Shown one piece after another: positions 32,910 through 48,100 of a DNA stretch of 64,000 nucleotides. This stretch comes from Sphyrna mokarran. Lineage: Eukaryota. The stretch lies in assembly GCA_024679065.1 (NCBI GenBank), contig JAGIQG010000014.1, positions 25,482,001 to 25,546,000 of the forward strand, in the 5' to 3' direction. Numbering within the stretch: position 1 is the first letter of the stretch; each line of letters opens with the position of its first letter. The notes under the pieces are model-generated. The model was not told where the DNA came from, made no database searches, and was given only the letters and a program-made list of their open reading frames with translations. The translations under genes were made by a program, and so were the position numbers.

Positions 32910-35900
32910 GTGTAGTGTTCAGGCATAACAAGTTTTCCATTCCAGCCAATCTTCTCAACAGCACAATTTTAAACAAACAAAATAAACCAACAATTTCACA
33001 TTTTGTCATTTAAAGCTTGTTTTCCAACTGATCCTGGACACATCAAGGTTGAAGAAAGTTTAAAAGCAAACATTTTTAAACAACACTGCAATCAAACATC
33101 AAATAAAAGGAAACGGGCCCACTTCATTAACTACCCCATTTTTCAAATAACTAGTCTATTCTCCAATTTACTGCATGTTACAGTATTGTGTTTAGCTGTT
33201 CTCAGAAATGTCACACATCATTTGGGAGTCATGTATCTCTCCCAAAGGGGAACAACTTGGCTTTCACATGCTGCTCAAGAACAGGGAATACTCCCCTACC
33301 CAGGCCAGGCATATACTACTGATGGACAGACTAATCTAGCAGGTCAATTCTGGCCATATGTTTGGACGGCATGATCTACCAAGCCTTCTTTGTACAGCAG
33401 TGGGTTCATTACAGATCAAAATCAAGGAAAAATGTTTAAACAGTTTGAATACAAAACAATGTCTTTACTAAAGACCACAGATTTAAACAAGAAGCAAGAA
33501 TACATCACAGTTCTAATCGGCAATGATTTTGTATGTCTGAATACTTTAAATACCAACACCATCTCTCAGCAGTTTACTAAATACACTTGTAGATCAAATA
33601 GACAAGCAAGCTTGCTCTTAGAAATGCAAAAGCAAGTTATGTGAGTTCAACTGCAGATGAAGACAAGGATCTGATTTAGACTCTGAGGCAAACTGAAAAC
33701 AAGTCACTTCATACAAATTTAGGACAGTAAGACAGAAACCTCAATGTTCTCAAATTTGATCTTTGACACCTTATCAGCAGCAAAACACAATAATCATAGC
33801 TTTTGCAATAATTCTGAGGGATATTAGACTTTTAGTGCACCTCTGTTGTATGTTCCACATAGAATTAAAATGTTTTAAAATATGTGCTTAAATTTTCTAC
33901 ACTTTCTAAATAAACAAGATAGTATTTAGAAAATGTGCAACCAACAGAAAAACAATGTCTGAGGGTTAATTAGTCCAATGGTGTCAAACTGTTATTTTGA
34001 GTTTTTTTGGTTCCCTTGGATTTTCAATTTTTGTTATTAATGGCAAAGACATTTTGAATATCCTATGATACAATATGCAAGAATTTATAGTGACCTTTCC
34101 GAGTCCATGCACGACACTACTGATGCATTAGTAATATGAGTATCTAAAACTGAGTTACAATTATACAAGACTTTGGAAAATATGACATCTGAAAACAACC
34201 AACAGAGTTCATGCCTCTTAATTATCCATTTGGCAAGTTCATACATTGAATACAGCATACAATCCTGAGAAATAAATTTAGCAACATAGCCCTCACTTTT
34301 TCATTGCACATCTGTCATTGTGGGTTTTCACGCAGGTACAATTTTAATAGTTAAATTCTCTCAGGCAGTCATGTTGTATGAAGACTCCGACGTCACTATG
34401 TATGTCAGACATTTTGCTGCAATCTGTATGAATGTACTGAAGTACAAAGATCTCAAGAAACCAAATGGAATGCCCACACCAGAGTCTAGAGAATCTACTT
34501 CAGTCTACAAAACACAGTAATAGGGACTTCCAAAATACACATTTGTTTTATTGCATTCCAGATTTAGAATGTTGATTCATCCAGATTCGGTGAAGTTGCC
34601 ACATATCACTTTAGGACTAGACAAGTTACCGGAAACTGCAACATCAGGTACAGTTTAAAATCATACATTAGAGATCTTAAAAAAAACTGTTCCACTATTC
34701 AATCACTGACCAAATCTTCTACAATTATGGTTGTGATGCAGAAAAACAGCTGTTACATTAACTGATTCATTGGTCCTAACGAAAACTGTGCATGACAGTA
34801 ATCAGTAAAATGAGCTAAATAAGAACTGCTATAAACAAAATTCATATGACCAAAAATGATGTTTGTAAAACACTCTTAATTGCAGATTGAGAGTTTACTA
34901 ATAAATTATAACTGCGTGTTTACCTAACATTACACCAAGATTGAATATGCTACTTCAGCATGCTTACAAAAGTAAAAATGGTAGAGTACTTACTGTACAT
35001 AACCTTATTTTCTGAAAAAAAATGAAAGTTCACAGAAAAATATGAATTACTGCTAATCCACGGGGAGGGATGGAAGCGAAACAACCTTAAGAATGTTGCA
35101 CTTTTTAAATGTAGACCTCCCAGACAATGGCATTTCTTTAGCTGATTTATATTGCAAGGTGATAATAATTCCTAAATTGTAGATGAAAATTCACTGAATG
35201 AATGTAGAAACAACTATTTTAAGACAATCAAATAGAATGTGCTGTATTTTCCAACGTTTATAGGTGTTAAAGGAAAACCCTCAAAACTTTGCTCATTTTG
35301 GGTTGAGATGGATGGATGTCAGTGTTGGTCCAATAAATCACAACCCAGATTACAAACTATTTATGGTTTTACAATTGAAAACATAACCAATATAACTCAA
35401 AATTTCAATTTAAACAAGCCAAGAAACAATGATGGATGATATTCTCTCATTTAACATTTCAATTATTCTCATTACATTTCTCAAAATGGATTTCTATCGA
35501 AAGAGTATTTTACTTTTTTCCATCACAGCCAGTTACATTGTTAACACTTATATTAGCTCAACAAAACATAACTAGCACTTCATCTTTTCACAAACCAATT
35601 CCAGATGTGTAACCAGAGACAAATACTGCATGTTGGATGTATTTGCTTAGATGTTTTTGTTACATTCAGGTGTTAACAAATCAACCTTTTAAAAAAGGTT
35701 TGAAGCTTCATATTGTTAGCACTGAAGGCATAATCACTACTTTATAAAACATTAATGTAGGTAGTGGTGAGAAGCAGCTCATAGCAAGAGATCATATTGT
35801 GTTCAAGATTGAGGCATTGGGACTTGGGTTTCACAGCTGGAGAGGGATATATGGTTTGCTGCAATTGGAGTTACACTTTCTGAAGCTTCAAAACTAAAAA

Positions 35901-36113
35901 AAACGAACAGGAAAGCTGTGACGTATCAATGTTTCAAAACTCAAACTTTTGTATACTCCTAGGTTTTTCAACATTAGAGCACAATACTCAAGTAAATGTT
36001 TTCAGTTTATAAACTGCAAAAAAGATCACATCCATCTGGGTTGTCAGTTTGTGTTCAATGTTTTGGGTAATACTGGAATTATGTTTCTCATTGGTTGCCA
36101 GGTTCTTGTTCAG

Positions 36114-36179
36114 TTACTCCTGAATGATTTGCTGCTGCTTTTCTCTCCAGTAATCCATTGCTTGCTTGGCCAGTGTTTT
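36114..36179 (-). CDS. MATR3: Matrin-3-like terminal coding exon [21 protein letters not shown]
   Basis: Acceptor ctatacttttaaag|, short helical tail ending TAA, followed by a long AU-rich, repeat-poor region. Confidence 0.75.
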   Translation of the reverse strand, partial: KTLAKQAMDYWREKQQQIIQE

Positions 36180-39100
36180 CTTTAAAAGTATAGCAAAGAA
36201 ATGTTAAAACAGTAACACGGACATTTGTCACAGAAAACCCTCACCTTGCCGGGTTGAATGACGACAAGCAGCATCAGTGAGTTAAATAATCAGTCAAATT
36301 CTGCTTTTATTACAAACGTTCATAATAAATTTTACAGTAAAAATAATGAAAATGCTTATGAGCATTTACACAGTGACCTATGAATCCTGGTCCACAACAA
36401 ATTGCAATGAGGATTGCATCATCTTTGCTTATTTAACAACCCCTAATGCAATGCAATGAACCAGATTTTGCCAAAAAGGCTTATAAACACAGCAGGTAGT
36501 CATTAAAGCACAAATAGGCCAGCAAATTGTAGAAAAGATGACCTATTCCATAAATTGAAAACTACCACCAGTTTCTGGCTGATTTGTACCAATTCACTTT
36601 AAGCTCATCACTTGCTTAACCTCCCATAATTTTCAGAGTTTTATTTCCACGTTAACTGCCAGTAAAACTCAAACACAAAGTTAAGACTAAAAGAAAATAC
36701 TGCGGATGCTGGAATTTGAAACAAAAACAGCAATTGTTGAAAAATCTCAACAAGTCTGACAGCATCTGTGGAGGTGGAAAACAGAGCTTACATTCGTCAG
36801 AGCTGAAGACAAAGAAAACAGGACAACACTTATACTGTAAGGGCAGAGGTGGAGAGGTATAATTGACAAAGATGTAATAGACAAAAAGACAAAGGGAACG
36901 TAAATGGTAATAGTTAAGGCTGAGAACGGTGCTAAAAGAGCCCATGAAGCTCACTTTTCATATGAAACACTATTTCATGTGCATCTTCTTTAATTTGCTT
37001 TATATTCGCTGCTCCAAATGTGATCTACTCTACATCAGAGACCAATGCAGACTGGCTGAGTGCTTTGCAGAACATCTTCGGTCCATCCACAAGCAGGACC
37101 CAAACATTACTGTTGCTTGCCATTTCAAGACACCATCCTGTTCTCTTGTCCACGTGTCTTCCATGGCCTGTTGCAATATTCCAGTGAAGTCCAATGTGAA
37201 TTGGAGGAACAGAACCCAGTTTCCAATTAGGCATTTTACAGCCTTCCAGGATTGAGTTAAACAACTTCAGGGCATGAACTCTCTCCTCCACTTCCACTCC
37301 ATTTATTTTTATCTTATTAATCCATTTGTATTACTTGCATCGTTTCATTTGTCCACTTTTTAAAAATCTCGCTTTCCATTGTGTTCTGCCCCTCTCCTAA
37401 GGGAATGCCTCAGGTGGTCCTTTGACACTCTGCACCCTTTTTCTACCATTTACACATTCCAATCACTTAATGGGCTGCTATTAGCACCATTCTCAAGTCT
37501 TTACTACGATTTATATCCCTTTTTTTCTGTCCATGACATCTTTATCAATTACACCCGCCACCTTACAGAATAAATCTTGTCCTGTTTTCTTTGTCTTCAC
37601 CTCTGACGAAGGATCATCCAGACTTGAAAGATTAGTTTTATTCCCTCTCCACCGACGCTGTCAGACCTGCAGAGATTTTCCAGCAATTTCTGACAAAGTC
37701 CTGTAATTAACAATGCAATAATTCTTTTATTGATGTAATAATTATTAAAGGTTGCCAATCAACATAACTTGTAAAGAAATAAACAATTAAAAAAGTTACC
37801 TCAAGATGAAAACTTTCAGAATTAAAAATGTCTAATTTTAGATCGTCTTTTCTTTTTTACATTTCCTAATCCAAGGTTTCCTTCCCTTGATGTACCTGAC
37901 TTGGCACTGAATTCATTCACCCTAATGCACTTTCTCAGCCCTTCCACTGTATCTTTCTCAATCCTTCAATCTCATTGATTAAAGAGAAGAAATACTTTGC
38001 CTATTGTTAATCAAGATCCCAGATGGCCTGCTGTCTTTGTCAAATTATCAGCTTAACACTTCAAGCAATTGTTCAGGCAATTTCGTCTAAACATGCAATT
38101 GTAAATATAACTAATTGCCCATGTGCTACTGCAACAAAAACTGACACTTACACATATATATGTACTTCAGTGCATGATGAGATATATATAATTATTGTTC
38201 ATTTTTCCATATCAATATACAATAAAAATTGCTCAATTAAACTGCTCAGTTTAACTCTTGTTGAGTTCAATACTGATAATTGAAGTGGAAATACATCTTC
38301 TAGAAACTATCTAACCAGAAGATGTGCTGCTGCAAAAAAACAATGCATCAACGACTTAATGGTTGTCTCATTCTTCAAATTCTGATCTTCCACTTAATAG
38401 GATCACACAGATGGTTTGAAATACTTTATTTTTCACATGAATTACATGCACTATTTGATCCTTCCCCTTCTGACAATACACAACTCCACACTTGGGCTAC
38501 CTAGAAGAAATGCTCCACATTCTGAAACTGCCTGTTCTTATCGCCTGGTTTAGATTGAATGACTAAAGATAGAAATTGGAAACTATTTGAACATTGTCTT
38601 CCTTCTTCAAAAAGGAATGCATGTGGAAAGAAAGAAAGAAAGAAAAATCTACTTCTCTTAAAATTCAGACTTACCTTGAGTCTCTGATAATGATCAATGG
38701 TGCCGCAATGAGTCTGCTTCGCTGTCTCTTCATTTGTGTAGAAGAGACAGCAGAGCTTGCAATAATAGCCAGTTTTTGGAACCACATAATCTAACCCTGA
38801 AAGAGTATATAATGCTTTATTAGCTTTCTGATCATTACAGTGCAAGTACTTAAATATTACTGAAGCAGATACTGCACATATTATTCCTGGATATGTTGCA
38901 CAGAAATGCAAAGCACACTGGTATATATTATTTAGAAGGAAAAAAAAACATAAGGTAGAGTTCAGATATTACAAACTGTATACCAGCTTACAGAAATTAC
39001 AAATATACAGAGTATTTATTAATATCTACAGAATGGCAGGACCAATGTAATGCGCTTAATCAAGAAGCATGCATTTTCCATTAAAAATGCAAGCCACAGA

Positions 39101-42100
39101 CTGATATGGTACCTCAGTTTACAAAAAATTTAAAAAGTACCTACTCTGATGCCTGACACTATGGAAGATGATATACTAACATTAGTATTAAGCTTTATCA
39201 AACACTGTTAGTTACTCAGTGCTTCTCAGCATTTTTTTTGTTGTAAAACTCAATGGGCCCAATTTTACTATCACGTTGCACCTGTTTTTGGGCACGAAAA
39301 CTTGATAAAGTCAGACATGAAACAGGTAGCGTGATCCGTATCCATCTCCCTGCCAGTTCCCCCTTTACCAAGGACCGAAAATGGCCTTGTATGCATTTAA
39401 ATAGACTTAATAGGCACATGCCCAGCTTTACGAGCACTTGCCCCTTTACCACTGCGTTTGCCCATCCAGAATTGGCACGAAACAGACATACTCCATAGAA
39501 GTCTGATTCAGGCACAGTTAGTGAGGAAGTAGATGGCAAGCATCCAATGGCTCTGTGCTTGTGTGCGTGTGCATGTGAGAGAGAGAGAGAGAGAGAGAAA
39601 GGGGGTTGTGTGGGGTGGGGTGGGGGAACAAGATGGAAGCATTATCCAGCCTGGGAGGCTTGTGGCAGGGAAGTTGGAGGTGCCAACGGTTCCAGTCGCA
39701 TTATGTCTCGTACACAGGCTTGTGCAGCACAATTCGGAATCGTGATATTTCTGTAGGCAGAGCACGTGGATGGGTAATTGTGGGGAGAGGGTTCCTGAGA
39801 ATGAGTCTAAAAGTTGGGTCTGAAACACACCCAGCTTCAAGTCCACCCAGCATTTAGAATCAAAATGATAAATTAGGGCCCTTGTCTCAATTTGAAATGT
39901 GAAGAAATTGCTTAAAAGCCTGGAACAGCTACGATACAAGCCCTGCCTCAAATTTTGAATGAACTTTCTGGATCAAAAACAACTAATATTAGGCCATTGC
40001 TTCTTAATTAATCTGTTACTTAACCTATTCAACAAAAAATCTATGACTGAAAAACAATACCAAGACCCAACTAAGTAAGTCTACAGCTACAAAATACATC
40101 AATCAGTAGCGACAAAGGACCAAAATATTTAGTCCTCTTAAATTTAGGATTTCTGCTGTGTAGTCCAGTTCCTGCCTAGTGACAGTGCCATTCAAGACAT
40201 TCACAGGTGCAAGAATCACAAACATTGAATTTGGCAGCTAATATTAATGTTAATGTTGCAGTTGTATAAAACGCTAGTTAGACCTCATTTGGAATACCGC
40301 GTCCAGTTCTGGTCACCCTACTACCGGAAGGACGTGGAGACTCTGGAGAGAGTGCAGAGGAGGTTTACCAGGATGCTGCCTGGTATGGAAGGTCTGAGTT
40401 ACGAGGAGATATTAGGCAAATTGGGACTGTTTTCCTTAGAAAGACGTAGACTTAGAGGAGATCTAATAGAGGTGTACAAGATTATGAAGGGGATAGATAG
40501 AGTAAACAGGGTTAAGCTTTTTCCTAGGATGGACTCAAATGGCACGAGGGGTCACGGGCTTAGGGTGAGGGGGGTAAGGTATAATTTGGATGCTAGAGGG
40601 AGTTTTTTCACACAGAGGGTGGTGGGGTATAGAATGCGCTGCCAAGTAAAGTGGTGGAGGCAGGTAGTCTGGAGTTATTTAAGAAATACTTAGATGGGCA
40701 CATGAACAGAATGGGAATGGAGGGATATAGAAAACTGATTTAAAATAGGGATCATGAGCCTCGGGAGTCCCTGGGAAGTGTGTAAATAGATGATGATATT
40801 GATGTACTTGTTTTTATCCTACAGGTGCTTTGGTCTGCCTTGTTGTCTAACGAGGGGCATACATGTGATGGTCATGAGAGGGCTGCTCTTGGATCTCTTT
40901 CGAGTATCCTAGTGCTTCACTGGGAAGTGTACATAAAGTACACTTGACCTGGACCATTTGATGGGCAACACGACAGCTCAGTGACTATCGCTGTGCTGTG
41001 CAGATACATGGATTTGGGCCTGTGTCTGTGAGAGTTTGCGCATTCTCCCCGCACTTGTGTGGGTTTCCTCCAGGCGCTCCGGTTTCCTCCCACATCCCAA
41101 AGCTCTTAGGCTAATTGGCAAAACAAATTCTCCCTAAATTGTCTCAAATTTGGTTTTTAATCCATAGATCTATAAACATGGACATGGATCGTGGGCAGAG
41201 GTGGGAACATCGGGGTGGCGGCGGCGTGGGCTCGTTGGGCCGAAAGGCCTGTTTCCCGTGCTGTTTTGTTCTTTGTTCTTAGTTCTTAATTAGTCTTGGT
41301 TAAGTTTAATTTTCACTCTGGAGAAAAGGGCTTTTCAAGGTCACTTTCTAAAGATAAACTGCAACTGCTCCAACATGAGCTCCAACAAGTTCAGTTTAAA
41401 ACTTGCCAAGCCATAACCTTATGCTCAATCAACTTTATTGCTGGGAAATCATAAGTTGATATATCTATCAGCCATGACCTTTGTCATTCTTCTAGGAATG
41501 TACTAGACTTTGTTAAAGAAAAAATGCAAAGAGATTGCAAGAAAAAAAACATGAAAACTGAACAATTTGCTAATTTCTAATTTGCTAGGGCCATTCAAGG
41601 ACCTACGAAATTTTGGGAAATCATACTCAGTGAGAACGATTGATGACAATAAGTTTGAAATTTCGTGGCTGAAGAGAAAATGGTTGGAATATGTTGTGTG
41701 ACAATAGAATCATGAACACATTATAACACAATCTAGCAAATATACTACAACATGAAGAATCAGAATATTACAGTACTTTTTTAATCAGTTGAGTGAAATG
41801 TTTCTAGGCTTCTTCAAATGAGAATTGTAAGGTACCATAAAATGAATGCAGATGGACTCACTTTTGGAGCCTAAATCTAACAGCCACCTGATACAGCTAG
41901 GATGCATTTTCCAGCTACCTCATTATAAAGGAACACGATACAAAGCATACCAAAATATCAATGACACCAGAGAGAGGGGCAAGAGGGAGGGAGAAGAAGG
42001 GAGGGGGCAACAAGAGTCAAAGGGATGATAAGAGACAGTCTCCTGTGGAGAAGTATATAAAAAAGAAAGCCACTGGAAAGGACTGAACTTTTTTTTTGTT

Positions 42101-45100
42101 TGGTTATTATTCTTCCAACAGTAGTTTTTAAACTTGAAAGACAGACCCAGGAGTTTTTAGAAGGAAAAATAAGTTTTTTTTAAAAGAGAGTCCAGAAAGC
42201 GTGTGCATAAATGAAATAAGCTGCAAGTGTGAAAATGAGCAATGCTATCTGCTACCCGAGAATCACAGAATCCCTACAGTGCAGAGAAGCCATTCAGCTC
42301 ATTGAGCTTGCGCCAACAACGATCTCATCCAGCCCTATTTCCGTAACCCTATCTATTTATGCTGTTCACCTCCTTGACACTAAATGACAGGTTAGTATGA
42401 CCAATCAACCTAACCCACACATCTTTGGAGTGTGGGAGGAAACCCACACAACAAAGAGAGAATGTGCAAATTCCACACAAACAGTTACCCAAGGCTGCAA
42501 CTGAACCCAAGTTCCTGTTGCTGTGAGGTAGCAGTGCTAACTACTGAGCCTCTGTGCCATCACTCCCCCATCATATCGTGTAGGCTTATCCATGAAGAGT
42601 TAGCTTTTAGGGGAGACACCAAATGCCTGCGAACACCTACTAAAAATCACTTGAAGAATCAGCAACTGTATGGAGAATAAAAGAAAATAAATTAAGAGGG
42701 GTGGTAATTAATGTTAAAAATGCTGAACTAGTGATCATCAGAAGCTAGTTCAAATTCTACCACAGCAGCTGGGGAAATTAAATTCATTAAATAAAAAATC
42801 CAGAATAAAAGGTTAACATCAGCAATGGTGACAATAAAACTATCAGACTGCGATTTAATAAATCTGGTTCACATCATTTAGGAAAGAAAGTCCGCCATCT
42901 CTAAATACTCTGACCCAAATGTAACTTCATAACACACAATGTAGTCGAATCTTAACTCCCTCATGGCTTAGCTAACTGCTCAGTTGTATACAAGATAGTT
43001 CTTTTCAAGGGCTTTTAAGGGTGTGGAATAAATGTTGGCCTTACCAGTGTCACCTACATCCTATGAATATTAAAGAAAACTTACCTACAGGATTGTTGGG
43101 TTTATACGGCCCAAGCTTGTATTCATCTGGAAGAGGAGACAGCGCCTGGATCTGTTCGCTTGACGGTTCTTCACACATTGTGGAATTGTTTCCCTTTGCT
43201 TCTTCATCAATTTTTCTATCAGCTTCGGGATTTTCATCCATATTGTTTCTTAGATTAAACCTCTGTCTTTCAGCTTCTTGTTCACCTTTGCTAACATCAG
43301 CATCCATTTTGTCTGTTTGGTCAGATTTTATTTTCGGAGCCAAGATACCATGCGGGTCATCAACCTCATCAAGGGCAAAAAACTCATCTATGTATTCTGG
43401 ACATCGTATGCCTTCTGATCTCTGAAGTGAAACAAAAATTACAATAATACAAATAAAACATTACAGGTTCAAAATGTGATTCAACAGCTTCACTGTACAC
43501 AGAAGTTCACTTGCAAGATGTTTGGTTGCTCCAATGCCATTTTTGGATAAGAGAACAGAATGCAACACTCGTCTCTTTGGGTGAGTCCGGTAAAGATGCA
43601 ACTGTCTCAAAACCATCAGTGCATATAATTTCATTTTAGAATTAAATTACAGATATTCTGAAAGCAAGCAAATGAGTATAAAAACAAATTCATACAGTGA
43701 GGTGAAAACTCAAAAAGAATTCAGAGAAAACAGGCAGGGTAAAAAGAGATGTTTCTACAGGTAAAGACGATATAAAAGGTCTTTCAGATTTAGTGTCGAA
43801 ATTCAGCTGGATCAATGCTGGAACTCAGGCAGCTTCTGCTAAATAGTGCTAAAGACACCACCAACAATCAATGAATGGTCCAAAGGCAAGTCAGCAACTG
43901 TTATACTCCACCATTCAAAATGAGAAACGTCATCACGCAGCACTCGATTAATGGCCAAAGGTTTTTTTCACCAACACTGGAGTAGATGAAAGGACAACCT
44001 TTTGTCTTTTGTTTGACTATACAAAGCAATGTAGCTCTACAAATATTATTTTATGTCAGAGAGTTCCTCTGTGCTTAAATGGACTCCAAAATGTTCTAGA
44101 TAAACAGTTCCAAGTACTGACTCACCATTCCTCCCCAAATCTAACTACACATTCTCTCGTTTGTGAGGAACTTGGATGTGGTTGCAGTGACAGAGACGTG
44201 GTTAAAGGAAGGGGAGCAGTGGCAACTGAACATTCCTGAGTATAAGTGTTTCAGGCGTGACGAGGAGGGTCCAGAAGAGGTGGAGGAGTGGCCTTGTTAG
44301 TTAAGGAGAGCATCACGGCAGTGCAGAGGGAGGACAATACAGAGGAGATAGGAGTGGAGTTGCTGTAGGTGGAGATGAGGAATAGAAAGGGGGCAATTAC
44401 TATGCTAGGGGTGTATTATAGGCCACCCAACAGCCCACGGGCAGTTGAAGGAGGCATATGTAAACACATTTTGGATAGGTGCAGAAAGAACAGAGTCGTT
44501 ATAGTGGGAGATTTTAATCTCCCTAGGGTGGATTGGAAAGTACCTAGAGCTGGGGGTTTGGATGGGCAGGAATTTGTAAAATGCATACTGGAAGGATCAT
44601 TGGAACAGTATGTGGCTAGACCGACTAGAGAGGAGGCTATATTGGATTTAGTTCTGAGTAATGAGCCAGGGCAGGTGGTTGATGTTGTAGTAGGGGAACA
44701 TGTGGCTAACAGTGACCACAATTCTGTCTACTTTAGGATTCAGATGGAAAAGGATGCTTGTTGCCCTAGGGGCAGGCTGTCGAATTGGGGAAGGCTAACT
44801 ACGGTCGGATTAGGCAGGAACTTAGGGAAACTGATTGGGAACGGTTGTTTGAGGGTAAGTCCACGCTAGGCATGTGGAACTCTTTCAAGGGAATACTGAA
44901 AATGTTGCAAGATAAGTACGTGCCGGCCAAGAGGCTCTTGGATCTTTTTCAAGAGTATCCTACTGCTTCACATTGTTAGTGTATGCTTGACCTGGACCTT
45001 CTGATGGGCAACATGACAGCTCAGTGAGTATCGCTGTGCTGTGCAGATACATGGATTTGGGCCTGTGTCTGTGGGAGTTTGCGCATTCTCCCCGTGCTTG

Positions 45101-48100
45101 CATGGGTTTTCTCCAGGTGCTCCGGTTTCCTCCCACATCCCAAAGATGTGCTCTTAGGCTAACCGGCAAAACAAATTCTCTCTAAATTGTTTCAAATTTG
45201 GTTTTTAATCCATAGATCTATAAACATGGACAGGGATCGTGGGTAGAGACGGGAACATCGGGGTGGCGGCGTGGGCTCGTTGGGCCGAAGGGCCTGTTTC
45301 CGTGCTGTTTTGTTCTTTGTTTCTTCCTCCCTCCTTTCGCCGAGTAAAAACCTGAAGCAGCTATTTGCTTTTCTTTACAAAAAAGTGAGAATTTTCTAAC
45401 ATTGGTTAGCTTTATTCATTTACTTTAGTTTGAAGAGAAGACTGATGAAGTCAAATAGCATAACTATCAGTATCAAAACAATCAATCATTTTTGAGTTTG
45501 GTCATATGTACAGAAGTGGATGGTGGAAAACTGAGCAGTTGACTGGATTTTAAAATGATTTGTACCTTTGAAAAGTTAATGCAAATATAAAGCTGGATGT
45601 GATTCACAACATCAAAGCAAACCATGAGTTGAAATGGCCTGATGACTGAGATGTATCCGATGTGTAAACAAAGGGATGGTTAATGTAGTCTCAGCCCAGT
45701 AGCTGTGGGACTGCTTCTCTATGGATATTCTGCTTTGCTCATTGCTGACCACATATCATAATACATAGTAAAGTCACTATAACAAGTCATCAAGATTCTC
45801 AATACTAGTGCTGCAAGAATTATGATGTCCATTGACTGAGTCTACACTTCCCGCTGCCTCTGCAAAGCAGCCAGCATAATTAAGGACCCCATGCATCCCA
45901 GACATTCTTGCTCCCACCTTATTCTGTCTGGAAAAAGATACATAAGTTGGAAGTCACATACCAATTGACTCAAAAACAGCTTCTCTCCTGTGCCATTAGA
46001 CTTTTGAATGTACCTACTTTGCATTAAGTTGACCTTTCTCTATACACTAGCTGTAACTGTGACACAACATTCTGTGTTCTCTTGTTATGAATGATATGCT
46101 TTGTCTCTATGCTGCACAAGAAACAATACTTTTCATTGTATGCTAATACATGTGACAATAAATTAAATCAAAAAAATCAAAAACTTATCTAGTGCAAGGA
46201 TCTCTCTGAAGGCTAGGTCCACGTGCAGTTTTTCTAAATTGAAAGAAATCTTGGAAGCAGATAGAAAATGAGAACTGCCCCATCTAGTGACTTAACATCA
46301 AAGGAACTAAAGAGAATGATGGCTTTTTGGAAATGGGATATCCTGCAGTAGAGAACAGCATAAGAATAGCATGCAGAGACCACAGCAATTCTCATCCATT
46401 GTTCACAGGGAAGTGAAAAGAATTTGCCAAGCATACAAGATTATCATACAAATTTCTTCAAAAGAACAACTTTCTTGAATATCCACCCCACCACTTAAGA
46501 ATGGCGATATTCAATATGTGTGTGAAAGCTACATAAATAGCATTGGGTTTGCACTTAACCATTGTTTTGTGCTGCCATGTTGCAATTTATAAACAGCAAC
46601 TCATTTCAGACTCCAGCTGCAGCAGGATAAATAGTTCTTGTGAAAGGGAGGGGAGAATAGACAAATACTCTTGTTAAAAAAACCTTCTCTTGCCTGATAA
46701 CTACTATAATAATTTTATCTTCTTGAACCTTTATGTTTCTAGTATCTAATATGGCATACAATCATTGTCCCTACTACAAATACACACTAAACTGAATCCA
46801 GACTGAAAAATGACTGAAATGCAAGAATACAAGCAGTCATAATACCTGAATAAAAAGGGTATGAACCCTGTTAGAGAAGCATGAATCCATAAACAAGTTT
46901 CACTCTTTTCTGTAATCCAAATCATACATACTTAATATTGTCAGAATATTTAAACAAACTATGCCTACCTTTCCAGATAATCGTGCTGAGATCTGAGAAC
47001 CTGACTCTTCATCATCAACCTCCTCTTTAGTTTCACATTCACTGAAGTGCCCAACTTCTATATCTGGTTCCAATTCCACTTCCATATCGTCACCAGGTTC
47101 AAACTTGGCTTTCACTGATTCATCATAGACCAACAGTAAATCTTCTGCTCCATCTTCTTCATCATTATCAGTGTCTGGTGAAGGGCTGCCCTGTGACTTT
47201 ACTTTTGCAATATTTTCTCCTTCCGTTTGTTTGGAATCTTTATTTTCCTCCGTTGAAGGAGAGTCCATCTGTGTACTTTCGTGGTCGGTTTCCTTCGAAT
47301 TCTTGGATTTATCTTGAGCCTTTCTCTTATTGCTGGGGGATCGTGCTCGTTTAGAAGGACTGTGAGAACGACCCCTTTTCCTGAAATCAAACATCCACAA
47401 AAACATGAATTGAATTATCAGGCAATTCAAAAACTACCATTATTAGTGTTTTCCTAAAGAAAAATGCCAGGGTTTCAAACGCACTGTTGGTTTGTACCTT
47501 TGACTACAAGCTCTTGATTTTAGTCGATGTTAAAAGAACAGGTGCCAAGAATTTGTCAATATAGGAAAAATAATAATCACTCACAGCATTACAAAATGGT
47601 CTAAATACAAAAAAATTATTGGCTTTGAATCTAATCACGGATGATTGCATTTGCTTTCTGCTCCAATCTTAAGACTGGAGGCATCAAATGATGACATCAG
47701 CAGGTTAAAATCACTCTGAATTCAAAATTGTCCATAATTATGTCTTAATTAGTAATTGCACTTATAAACACTGAAAATTCAGTGCCTCACTAAGGCCTGT
47801 TAACCATCTCACTTGTGTTTAATTTATTGATTTTTGTTTTACTTAGAAGAGTATTAACTCTGAAGATCAGCTGACGTAAATAGATGCCTTGATGCTCCAG
47901 GAGAGGACAGTGCTCTCTAAGGTTATAAACAAATCTGATATTTAGTCTGAAAAGAATTGGTGGTTGAGTGGAAAGATTATAACAATTTTTTAAGGTCTTT
48001 ATTTTTTCTTTCCTTTCAACATGCTGCAATCCATCTATGATGTCTGTCATTAAACCCACAAGCTTTCACTAAAGACGTTCTGAAATTAGCAGCAATGTGT

